Source: Collinsella sp. (GTDB taxonomy: Bacteria; Actinomycetota; Coriobacteriia; Coriobacteriales; Coriobacteriaceae). Taken from it: 64,000 nt of DNA. The DNA lies in assembly GCA_046995905.1 (NCBI GenBank), contig JBKXET010000001.1:479589-543588 (forward strand), given 5' to 3'. The translations under genes were made by a program, and so were the position numbers. Positions 35,573 to 44,119 of the stretch are shown piece after piece; position 1 is the stretch's first letter, and each line of letters starts with the position of its first letter. The notes under the pieces were generated by a model, which was given only the letters and a program-made list of their open reading frames with translations, did not search any database and had not been told where the DNA came from.

Positions 35573-36166
35573 TTAGGCGCTGATGATGTGGGGTAGTGGC
35601 AGGTCGTGAGCGTCGGTGGGAACGCGGTCGACACGCTGCTCGTCAAAGGCAATGCCGATGATCTGGCATGTGGCCGAAAGCGTGGACAGGTAGCGATCGT
35701 AGCAACCGCCGCCGTAGCCCAGGCGCGCGCCGGTTTGGTCGAAGGCCACGAGCGGCACAACAATCATGTCGAGTGCTTCGGCAGGTACGATGGGGAAGCG
35801 GTTGCTGTCGATGTCCGCGGCGGCGAAGGTTCGCGTGGGATGGGTGATAAACGGAGCGGCGGACGCATCGTCGGCGGCAACTGCTCGCATGCACATGCGC
35901 TGGCCACAAGCTGCGGCATCAATTGCCGAGAACATGCACGGATAGGCTACGCGCCAGCCGCGCGCGGCGGCCGCAGCGGCAAACGCGGCAGGGTCTGCCT
36001 CGGAGCCCATTACGGCATAGACTGCAACGGTGTGCGGGGCTGCGGGATCCGAGCTGCCCAGCAACTCAACAAGCCGCGCACAGATAACGGCAGACTTCGC
36101 CGCCCGCAAGTCCAAATCAAGAGCATCGCGCCGAGCAATCACTGCCCGCCGCAACTCAGCCTTATC
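35573..36166 (-). CDS. 5-formyltetrahydrofolate cyclo-ligase
   Basis: MDKAELRRAVIARRDAL... and C-terminal GYGGGCYDRYL. ATG 36166 follows GGAGAGGG. Confidence 0.8.
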   Translation of the reverse strand, partial: DKAELRRAVIARRDALDLDLRAAKSAVICARLVELLGSSDPAAPHTVAVYAVMGSEADPAAFAAAAAARGWRVAYPCMFSAIDAAACGQRMCMRAVAADDASAAPFITHPTRTFAAADIDSNRFPIVPAEALDMIVVPLVAFDQTGARLGYGGGCYDRYLSTLSATCQIIGIAFDEQRVDRVPTDAHDLPLPHIISA

Positions 36167-36302
36167 CATCCCAGCTCCCTCTCCTAAACCTACCAAAAAG
36201 GGACAGGTTTATTTTGGCAGGTTTTATCTGGGCAAACAGCAAAAACAACCACGAAGGGAACACAGACACCCTCGTGGTTGTTTTGATGGCGACTTGTCTC
36301 TA

Positions 36303-36647
36303 TTACAACGCCGCGGCGATTGCTTCGGCCACAAATTTGTTAAGCGATTCACCCTTCTTTGCCGCCGCCAGTGCTGCCTGCTTGTGAAGCTCGGAGCCTG
36401 TTCTCACATTGAATGAGCCCTTAAAAGCCCGCTCTGGTTCCTTGCCCTTTTCGGCACAAAACTCAAGGTAATCGTCGACGGCCTCGTGGAAGCATCGCTC
36501 CACTTCTTCAACCGTGGAGCCTTCAAATACAATTGCGTCCCTAATGCCGGCGACCATACCTGTCAGCACGTGCTGTTCGGCATCGAACTCGACCGGGGCG
36601 AAATAACCCTTGTAAGCCAAAACGTTACTCATGGCTGCCTCCGACAT
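36303..36647 (-). CDS. hicB: HicB-family antitoxin
   Basis: YKGYFAPVEFDAEQHVLTGMVAGIRDAIVFEGSTVEEVERCFHEAVDDYLEFC plus a C-terminal RHH-like region (FNVRTGSELHKQAALAA). The start may be ATG 36632. Confidence 0.8.
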   Translation of the reverse strand: MSEAAMSNVLAYKGYFAPVEFDAEQHVLTGMVAGIRDAIVFEGSTVEEVERCFHEAVDDYLEFCAEKGKEPERAFKGSFNVRTGSELHKQAALAAAKKGESLNKFVAEAIAAAL

Positions 36648-36888
36648 CTTGTAGAAATCGAACGATGTTTCGGATGGTTCCCGCCGTCAATTCGTCAGAT
36701 GGATGGGGTGCGTGCATCACGAACATTCTGCCGTCCGATGGCCTGTAGAAGCGAATGCGCGATCCGGATGTCCTGCCTTTGTTGTCCATTTCAAAGCCAT
36801 ATGAAGCCATAACTTTAAGAAAGTCAGCAAATCTATACGTTGAAGGACAGCTAAGCAGCTGGGCGATGAGTTTGTCGATCCGAGCCAT
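36625..36888 (-). CDS. hicA: HicA-family mRNA interferase toxin
   Basis: 87 aa, overlapping and upstream of hicB. ...GSRIRFYRPSDGRMFVMHAPHPSDELTAGTIRNIVRFL matches the YcfA/HicA pattern. Confidence 0.75.
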   Translation of the reverse strand: MARIDKLIAQLLSCPSTYRFADFLKVMASYGFEMDNKGRTSGSRIRFYRPSDGRMFVMHAPHPSDELTAGTIRNIVRFLQDVGGSHE

Positions 36889-36903
36889 CCTGCCTCACAT
36901 CCC

Positions 36904-36922
36904 GCAACTATATTATAGTTGC
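36904..36922. promoter_or_regulatory. perfect 9-1-9 palindrome in the hicAB promoter region (candidate HicB operator)
   Basis: GCAACTATA-T-TATAGTTGC, 16 nt upstream of the hicA start. Confidence 0.5.
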
Positions 36923-37034
36923 AATTTAATCCCGAAGCAATCACCCATACTATAGAACACATGTACGTATAGAACAAGTGTTCGAACCGCCACAAAGGTA
37001 CCTGTCCCCTTTGTGGCGGTTTTGCTTGCTGTGG

Positions 37035-40000
37035 TTATGCCAGCAGGTCGACTACGTTGAAGTCGGCGTTGCTCTTGGCGATGACTTCGCGGCCGCCAAA
37101 GACGCAGGTGGGCGACTCGGCTGCGATGCGCGTCACGTCGGCGCCGAGCGAGCGCAGCTCACCGGGCGTGGCGGCGAGCATCTGGGCGCGACGCTCCTCG
37201 CGTGCGTGCGGATCGAGCCCGGCCAGGTAGGTCGTGTTGCGGCGCTTGGTGAGCGCGTACGGCTTCACCGGCGCGTCCATGCCGCTCACGCAGCTCACGA
37301 TAAAGCCCTCAAAGGCGGCCTCGTCGGGCTCAAAGCTGCCAAGCCATGCACCCGCGCGCTCCACGCGCTCAATCGAGGGGTCGATTGCCGGGTCGCGGTA
37401 GGTGTAGAACGCCGTCTGACGCTCGCCAGCCGCGCGGAATCCGCAGCCGTACGCACCGCCCTTCACGCGGATCTCGTTCCACAGGTAGTCGTAGGAGAGT
37501 GCGTTGGCGGCAACCGCCCAGGCACCCGTCACGCCAATGCCCAGGCGACGCGGGTCGCACGCGCTTGCCGCAAAGCAGATGTCGCTGGGGATCACGAAGG
37601 CCTCGTGGCGGTCGCACGGCGCCGGCACCGCGAGCGCGTCGCGGCCGGCGCCATCGCCCGCATCCAGCCCCAGGTCGCCCGCGGCATCCCAGTACGCGTC
37701 AAAGTCCTCATCGCTGCCGGTAAAGCTCGCCAGGCAGCCGTCGGCCACAAAGATGCGGCCTGCCAGCTCGGCAAGCTTGGCACGCAGGCCGTCCAGGCGC
37801 TCGTCAAAGTGGTCGAGCAAATCGCGCAGGAACAGGTAGAAGTCTACGCCCGAGAGCTGCTCACGCACCACGGCCGAAGGCGAGCTGTAGCTCATCGCGC
37901 GACCGAGCGCCGCCGAGTGGCCGTTGTTGATAAAGCCCTGCTCAAGCCCAATACGAATCTGCGTGAGCACGTCGCGCACGCGGTCGGCATCGGCGTCCGC
38001 CAGCAATGTGCTCGACCACACCTCGCGCGGTAGGCTCGCCAGCGCGTCGATCTTTTCGGACAGGGCGCCGGCGCTCACCAGCAAGTAGGGGCGCACGCCG
38101 TCCACTTCGGGCTGCGTCATGACCTCGGTCGTAAAGCTCAAAAAGCCCAGTTTGCCGGCAAGTAAATTGTCGAGCTCCTCGGCCGAATGCTCGCGTGTGG
38201 GCAGCTGCTTGAGCAGGCGGCAGAGCAGCGTCACATAGGGCAGATCCTCAAACGCGACGCAGCTCAGGTCGAAATACTGCATGGCGTAGGCCAGACGGTT
38301 GGTGGGGATGCCGTGGCGCAGGCAGGGGATGGGCGCGGTCGTGTCCACGACCAGCGGCGGCTCGGGGCGCGCCTCGCCAATGTCGGACACGCGCAGACGC
38401 GGCAGTGTGGCCTTGGCCTCGGGTGTGTCTTCCGCCTCCTGTGCGGCACGCAGTGCTGCCGTGCGCTCGACCACGTCGGCCAGCTCGGCATCGGTCATGG
38501 CGTCCCGCTTGGCTGCCAGCTCGGCGGCCTCGGCACCCTCCGAACCCTCGGTGGCGTCCACCGGCACCAGCTCGACCAGTGCCATGTGATCGTTCTGCAG
38601 CACCAGTTCGCGCAGCAGGTCCTCAAAATAGCTGCCGTCCAGCTCGCCACGCAGCTCCTCGTACACCGGGCCGTACTTGAGCGCCAGCGTCGCGGCGTCG
38701 TCATCGTAGAGCCAGGTGCTCAGCGCGTCGCACGCAATGGCCACGCCGTCGGCGATACCGTAGTCGCGCTGGCGCAGGTCGTATTCGTTGCTGCTGATGA
38801 TGGCTTCCAGGCGCTCGCGCGGAACGCCGTGCTCGCACAGGTCGCGGCAGGCGTCCTGGAACACGCGGCGCAGATCGCGCGCCACGCCGGGCTGCGCGTT
38901 TTGCAGCATGATGAGCTCGTAGGGCTGCAGGCTCTCGGCCGCGGTGTAGCTCACCACGTTGCCACCCAGGCCGGCGGCCAGAATGGCCTTCTTAACCGGC
39001 GCTTCGTTGGAGCCCAGCAACGCCTCGAACAGGATATCCGCCGCGATCGTGCGCTTACGGTCGAGCGCGCTGCCCAGCACCAGGCCCAGGCCCACCAGGG
39101 CGTTCTCGGGCGTGGTGGCCATCTCGACACGCTTATACTCGCAGGTCACGGGCGCCTGCACGCCCAGCGGATTGGGCGCCAGCGTGGACGGGTCCTCGCC
39201 GGCGGCAACGGCAGCGTCCATGCGGCGGCTCGCGGCACTCGGCTGTGACAGATAACGCTCGTCCAAAAACGCCAGCGCGCGGTCCACGTCCAGGTCGCCG
39301 TAGAGCGTGATATAGGAGTTGGAAGGATTGTAGTGGCGCGCGTGCGTGTCCAGGAACTGCTCGTAGGTGAGCGCGGGAATCGCGCGCGGGTCGCCGCCGC
39401 TCTCGTGCGCATAGGCGGTGTCGGGATAGAGCGCGGCGTTGACGGCGTCGTCCAGCACGCTCATGGGGTCGGACAGCGCGCCCTTCATCTCGTTGAACAC
39501 CACGCCGTTATAGCGTAGCGTGCCCTCGCGCAGGCTGGCGGGGCTGCCGTCGCCCTCGCCTTCGGCGCCCTGCGGCAGGTCCAGCTCGTAGTGCCAGCCC
39601 TCCTGCTCAAAAATGGTGGGCTTGGTATAGATGGCCGGGTTGAACACCGCGTCCAGGTACACGTCCATCAGGTTATACAGATCCTGCTCGTTGGTGGTGG
39701 CAACGGGGTAGATGGTCTTGTCGGGGTAGGTCATGGCGTTGAGGAACGTCTGCATGGAGCTCTTGATCAGGTCGACAAACGGCTCCTTGACGGGAAACTT
39801 GGCCGATCCGCACAGCACCGAGTGCTCAAGAATATGGAACACGCCGGTGGAATCGGCCGGCGGCGTCTTAAAGCCAATGGCAAAGGCCTTGTTTTCGTCG
39901 TCGCACGCCAGGTACAGCAGACGAGCGCCCGAGGCAGTGTGTCGCAGCACGTAAGCGTCCGAGTCGAGCTCGGGCACGGTCTCGCGGCGCTCGACGGCAA

Positions 40001-40073
40001 AGCCGTGGCAGGTAGTGCCGGGCACCAGCAGTGCAGCGGCTGCGGCGCGCGGGTCGGTTGAGGTGGTGGGCAT
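37035..40073 (-). CDS. M16C-family (insulinase / PreP-like) metallopeptidase
   Basis: Inverted zinc motif HILEHSVLCGS near the N-terminus; about 1010 aa with the four-domain size typical of M16C. ATG 40073 was chosen rather than the ORF-track start at 40280. Confidence 0.85.
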   Translation of the reverse strand: MPTTSTDPRAAAAALLVPGTTCHGFAVERRETVPELDSDAYVLRHTASGARLLYLACDDENKAFAIGFKTPPADSTGVFHILEHSVLCGSAKFPVKEPFVDLIKSSMQTFLNAMTYPDKTIYPVATTNEQDLYNLMDVYLDAVFNPAIYTKPTIFEQEGWHYELDLPQGAEGEGDGSPASLREGTLRYNGVVFNEMKGALSDPMSVLDDAVNAALYPDTAYAHESGGDPRAIPALTYEQFLDTHARHYNPSNSYITLYGDLDVDRALAFLDERYLSQPSAASRRMDAAVAAGEDPSTLAPNPLGVQAPVTCEYKRVEMATTPENALVGLGLVLGSALDRKRTIAADILFEALLGSNEAPVKKAILAAGLGGNVVSYTAAESLQPYELIMLQNAQPGVARDLRRVFQDACRDLCEHGVPRERLEAIISSNEYDLRQRDYGIADGVAIACDALSTWLYDDDAATLALKYGPVYEELRGELDGSYFEDLLRELVLQNDHMALVELVPVDATEGSEGAEAAELAAKRDAMTDAELADVVERTAALRAAQEAEDTPEAKATLPRLRVSDIGEARPEPPLVVDTTAPIPCLRHGIPTNRLAYAMQYFDLSCVAFEDLPYVTLLCRLLKQLPTREHSAEELDNLLAGKLGFLSFTTEVMTQPEVDGVRPYLLVSAGALSEKIDALASLPREVWSSTLLADADADRVRDVLTQIRIGLEQGFINNGHSAALGRAMSYSSPSAVVREQLSGVDFYLFLRDLLDHFDERLDGLRAKLAELAGRIFVADGCLASFTGSDEDFDAYWDAAGDLGLDAGDGAGRDALAVPAPCDRHEAFVIPSDICFAASACDPRRLGIGVTGAWAVAANALSYDYLWNEIRVKGGAYGCGFRAAGERQTAFYTYRDPAIDPSIERVERAGAWLGSFEPDEAAFEGFIVSCVSGMDAPVKPYALTKRRNTTYLAGLDPHAREERRAQMLAATPGELRSLGADVTRIAAESPTCVFGGREVIAKSNADFNVVDLLA

Positions 40074-40214
40074 ATGCAGTCTCCTTTGACGCCCCAGCGG
40101 GGGCGAATCGAGTCGAATCCTCGAGAGTATACCCATATGGGGCCGCGACCCTGCGGCGAACTGGAGACGATGCCAGCGGATTGGGCGAAGGGCTCGCGTG
40201 CCCGCCGCACGAGC

Positions 40215-40327
40215 GTGGAAAATTGGACGCCTATCGAATGAGAGTGGATTTTCGGACGGAATCAGCCTCAAAACGCCCAAAAGCCGTCCAAATATCCACC
40301 CTCATTTCCCGACCGTCCAAAATCCAC
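40215..40327. repeat. four GTGGA-N5-GGACG type sites arranged as two forward plus two inverted
   Basis: Forward at 40215-40230 and 40244-40259. Inverted (CGTCC-N4/5-TCCAC) at 40285-40299 and 40314-40327. Confidence 0.7.
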
Positions 40328-40346
40328 GTTCATCCGCCGCCCGCAC

Positions 40347-40595
40347 ATCTCTCATCTCTCATTCGTCACGAATACGAGAGATAACAGAAAGACGAGAGAT
40401 AAATATGAGAGATAGCTGAGCAGCAAAGAGACAAGCAATCATGGTATTGTCTCAATACCGATTGTCTACCAGCAAAAACATGTTTAAATGAAACAGATGG
40501 CAGACATCTTATCTCTCATCTCTCACTCATCTCTAATATGAGAGATAACAGATAGATGAGAGATAATTACGAGAGATAACTGAGAGACGAGAGAA
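40347..40595. repeat. two ~75-bp direct-repeat blocks (164-bp period), each made of ATCTCTC x2-3 followed by GAGAGAT x3+
   Basis: ATCTCTC at 40347, 40354, 40511, 40518 (and 40529, 6/7). GAGAGAT at 40376, 40394, 40407, 40540, 40558, 40571 (and 40582, 40589 degenerate). Confidence 0.85.
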
Positions 40596-40640
40596 ATCCA
40601 TCCGTGGTACACCCGCAGGACCGAGCGAAAGGACGTGCAG

Positions 40641-42107
40641 ATGAACGAAAACGAACTGACCGGTCTGCTCGAGTCTTTAAGGCGCATGGGCTCGGACGAT
40701 CTTAACGTCGAGGTCAAGGAGAGCGCCACGACGCTTTCCCGCGACGTATGGGAAACGGTCAGCGCTTTCGCAAACACCGCCGGCGGCATCATCGTACTCG
40801 GAGTGAGCGAGCGCGCGGGTTTTGTCCCAGTTGCAAACTTTGAGACCGAGAAAGTGCTCAACCAATTCGTGGCGGGCATGGGCGATGCCGGCGGTCGCGG
40901 AAAGCTGGCCAATCCGCCCAAATACACCATTGAGCGCGTGGAGCTCCAGGGCACCGTGGTTCTGGTCATCACGATTGAGGAGCTCGACCCGTCGAGCAAG
41001 CCTTGCTATGTCATAGAGCGGGGCGCTCAAGGTGGCAGCTACAAACGCATCGACGACAAAGACGTGCCGCTTTCGTCGACCGAGGTCCTGTCCTTGTCGT
41101 CATACGAGCAGACGAGCCTCAGCGATCGCGATGCGGTGCCTGGTGCAGGCGTGGACAATCTTGACGATGCCCTGGTCGACCGTACGATAGATCGGGCTTT
41201 CTCGTTGACGCCCCGGGCAATGCGCGGCGCGCCGGACAAACAAACGAAGCTGGAGCGCCTAAATTTCCTTGATTCCCAGGGCAATGTTACCAAGGCTGGA
41301 CTCCTAGTTGCGGGCACCTACCCTCAGCAGTTTTATCCCAAGCTCTTTATCGACATGGCTGTCTATGCGGGAACTCAGAAGGGCACTGCGGGGCCACTAA
41401 GGTTCATGGACCGCACAATCTGTGAGGGCACGTTGGGCGAGATGATCTCGGATGCTGTCGCGGCCGTCGCCAAGAATTTGCGGCGAACCTCGACCGTCCA
41501 AGGCGTCTCGCGTGTCGACTCGCTGGAGATTCCCGAGGAGGTTCTGCGCGAGGCAATCGCCAACGCCGTAATCCATCGAGAATACGGGGATCGGTTCTGT
41601 GGACAATCGATTGCCGTCGACGTCTTTGACGATCGTGTCGAGGTGACGAATCCTGGCGGCCTTTACGGGGGAAAGACTCGCGAGAACTTGTTTGACGGCA
41701 GCTCCCGATGCCGTAACGCGACGCTCGTGAAACTCATGTCGATTGTCCCGCTGCCGGATGGCGCAGGTTCGCCGGCTGAGGGCAATGGCTCGGGCATCCC
41801 GATGATGATCGATGCCATGCGCGCGCATGGTCTGGCCGAGCCCCTGTTCTGCCCGGGGTTCGATCGGTTCAAGGTCGTACTTTACCGTTCAAAGATCGAG
41901 CCGGTCGATCATGGCGGGGGCTTAATTGTGACAGCACTCAAACACTACGGCGAGCTGGGGACGCGTGAGCTGGCAGAACGCACGGGGCTTACGATTTCCC
42001 AGGTTAGGTCGCGCGTCAACGCGCTCATTGCTCAAGGCGAGCTTGAGCCCACGGCGCCGGCGACGAGCCGCAACCGCAAGTATCGACTGTCAGAGCGCGT
42101 GGAATAA
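40641..42107 (+). CDS. COG2865-type ATP-binding protein (Schlafen AlbA_2 domain + HATPase_c_4 + C-terminal wHTH)
   Basis: LNVEVKESA...VWETVSAFANTAGGIIVLGVSE (AlbA_2), REAIANAVIHREY...VEVTNPGGL (HATPase-like), and a C-terminal wHTH (ELGTRELAERTGLTISQVRSRVNALI). ATG 40641 follows AAAGGA; GTG 40635 is also possible. Confidence 0.75.
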   Translation: MNENELTGLLESLRRMGSDDLNVEVKESATTLSRDVWETVSAFANTAGGIIVLGVSERAGFVPVANFETEKVLNQFVAGMGDAGGRGKLANPPKYTIERVELQGTVVLVITIEELDPSSKPCYVIERGAQGGSYKRIDDKDVPLSSTEVLSLSSYEQTSLSDRDAVPGAGVDNLDDALVDRTIDRAFSLTPRAMRGAPDKQTKLERLNFLDSQGNVTKAGLLVAGTYPQQFYPKLFIDMAVYAGTQKGTAGPLRFMDRTICEGTLGEMISDAVAAVAKNLRRTSTVQGVSRVDSLEIPEEVLREAIANAVIHREYGDRFCGQSIAVDVFDDRVEVTNPGGLYGGKTRENLFDGSSRCRNATLVKLMSIVPLPDGAGSPAEGNGSGIPMMIDAMRAHGLAEPLFCPGFDRFKVVLYRSKIEPVDHGGGLIVTALKHYGELGTRELAERTGLTISQVRSRVNALIAQGELEPTAPATSRNRKYRLSERVE

Positions 42108-42207
42108 ATGCGTTAGCGGACGAGGCGACCCAATAATCGACCCTCGATTGGCGCCCACTAAGGTTAAGCGGTTGTTGCCCAGTTGACGGTGATGCTAAAG
42201 ACTCGGC

Positions 42208-42699
42208 TTACGCCGGCATGGCCGCGAACCCGTCCATCAAGAACAGCCTAAGAACCAGCTTGATGACATATCCCGGTTTGACTTCAGCCGCGTCAAAGAC
42301 ATGGCGCTCGGCGAGCTCGCTGCAGTATGTATAGATGTCGCGGATAAGGTCCGCGCCCGAAAGCGTAAACATGTAGCCTGCGTCCGAAAGCGCATTGGGC
42401 GCGGCAGGCAACTTGGCCATGTGACAGAACGTTTGCAGGTCGGGCGCCATAACGTTCTGGTAGTCGAGGTGGCCGTTGGCATCCTGCGCGGCAAGCTCCA
42501 ATTGGCGCACAAAATCCAGCGCCGCCGCTAACACAAAGCTCGGCGTAGGCGCATTGACGTCCTGAGTGGTCGCCACAAGCCTGCCCGCCGCCTGCGTGAC
42601 AAGCCAAGCGACCTCGCGCTGGCAACGCACGGCCTTGCGCGTAACCGGCTTGATGGACGAAGAAGAAACGCTTCCCTTAGGCGGATTCGAAGCAGCCAT
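42208..42699 (-). CDS. hypothetical protein
   Basis: ORF 42208..42792. ATG 42699 follows GGAGGG. No recognisable motif. Confidence 0.45.
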   Translation of the reverse strand: MAASNPPKGSVSSSSIKPVTRKAVRCQREVAWLVTQAAGRLVATTQDVNAPTPSFVLAAALDFVRQLELAAQDANGHLDYQNVMAPDLQTFCHMAKLPAAPNALSDAGYMFTLSGADLIRDIYTYCSELAERHVFDAAEVKPGYVIKLVLRLFLMDGFAAMPA

Positions 42700-42914
42700 A
42701 AGACCCTCCCATGAACAATCCGGCCCAACAAGCCCGGATGAAACACGTGCTACATCAGTATACAGGGGAGTGGGGTAGCGGGGTACAAGCACGCCAGCGG
42801 CAAACCGAGAGCATCAACGATGTGCCGATCGCGGAATGAGATCTCGTAATAATTGACTCTCGGCCATATTATTGAGGGGCATGACTCGCGTTCGTATGGT
42901 TGTAGGTGCTGGCG

Positions 42915-43997
42915 ATGAACGACATTGACCTTGCTGTTCCGTTGATGGATGGACCAAGCTATGACCGCGCCTGCAGTCTCGTGCCTTCCGAATACGTTGA
43001 GGCATGGGAGTGGTTTCTGGGTGAGGAACAGCGCGGCGGCGTTTGGACCAGCCTTCCGCACCACACCAAGGAAGATAGCCCTCAGTATCAGTACCGTTTG
43101 AGAATTGACTCGGACTTCTTTCCCGTAACGCGGGATTCAGGGATCTTCTGGCCGGGCCAGGATCGGGTGAAGCAAGATCCCAATAAGATCTTTGCGCTTT
43201 CGGTCCATAACTCTAAAAAGAGCTTCTACACCGATGTGCCTCCGCTCTATTTGGATGACGGTACGTGGGTCATTAAGTATTCGGTCCAAGCGCCAGGCGC
43301 CGTTGGTTCTCGAGACCAGAATTACAACCGTAAAATGCTCAACTGCATGGAATGTGGCGTCCCAGTCGGAGTCATATTTGCAACCGAGGTGGGCTATAAG
43401 GTGCTCGGCCTTGCGTTTGTTGAGCGGTTCGAGCCCGAAAACGGATGGTTTGTTCTGCACGGTCCTGTTCATAAAGGCGGACCGGACCCTCGTTTTGCGC
43501 CCGACATGAGTTATCTGAAGCACATACCCGTCGATATTGAGTTTGCCGGACAGGGTGTGACCGACGACGAAAAGGTCCGCTATGCGTTAAGGCGCGAGCG
43601 ATTGGGGCAGCAATGGTTCCGCAAGCAGCTCGTTGCCGCCTATGATGGCCGTTGCGCGGTGTCGGACTGCGGCGTCAGCGAAGCTCTGGAGGCTGCACAT
43701 ATCGAGAATTACTCGGGACCCAAATCGCAGGTTGCCAGCAACGGTATTCTGCTTCGGCGCGATCTTCATTCCCTATTTGATGCTCACCTGATTTCGTTTG
43801 AGCCTGTTTGCGGCGAATATCGGCTGTGCGGATCGTACCTGCTGGATAAGACCGACTACGCTTCCTTTGCGGGTGCGACGCTAAGGCAGCCGAATGAGCG
43901 TCAGTGGCGACCCGATACGGTGTTTCTTGAGGCCCATCGCATTGAGTTCGATCGCTCGGAAAAGAAGCGTGAAAAGGCGGGGCTTCTGCCGTATTAG
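42915..43997 (+). CDS. HNH (HNH_2-type) endonuclease with an unassigned ~230-aa N-terminal domain
   Basis: C-terminal CAVSDCGVSEALEAAHIENY...NGILLRRDLHSLFDAHLISF is the PF13391-type HNH signature. The N-terminus contains PVGVIFATEVGYKVLGLAFVERF, reminiscent of PUA/SRA-like readers. GC is about 48-52%. Confidence 0.7.
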   Translation: MNDIDLAVPLMDGPSYDRACSLVPSEYVEAWEWFLGEEQRGGVWTSLPHHTKEDSPQYQYRLRIDSDFFPVTRDSGIFWPGQDRVKQDPNKIFALSVHNSKKSFYTDVPPLYLDDGTWVIKYSVQAPGAVGSRDQNYNRKMLNCMECGVPVGVIFATEVGYKVLGLAFVERFEPENGWFVLHGPVHKGGPDPRFAPDMSYLKHIPVDIEFAGQGVTDDEKVRYALRRERLGQQWFRKQLVAAYDGRCAVSDCGVSEALEAAHIENYSGPKSQVASNGILLRRDLHSLFDAHLISFEPVCGEYRLCGSYLLDKTDYASFAGATLRQPNERQWRPDTVFLEAHRIEFDRSEKKREKAGLLPY

Positions 43998-44119
43998 CGT
44001 ATTTGGCTTTGGCATTCTTTGACGATCGTGTTGTTTGATCGGATCGCGTGGCGATGCAATCTCGCGCCCGCCCGCCGGTGCATGCTCTTCCTGATTTGTA
44101 TAGCGAGAGGGGAGCGTGT

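Noticed and set aside
40074-40280. The N-terminal 69-aa extension of the M16 peptidase ORF (ORF-track start at 40280).
   Set aside because: The extension is Arg/Pro-rich and runs into the repeat-containing intergenic region. Peptidase homology begins right after Met at 40073.
40347-40595. A CRISPR array or ToxI-like tandem RNA repeats.
   Set aside because: There are only two ~75-bp blocks, separated by about 90 nt of unique sequence. The repeats are composed of 7-mers in both orientations. No cas genes or endoribonuclease toxin gene are adjacent.
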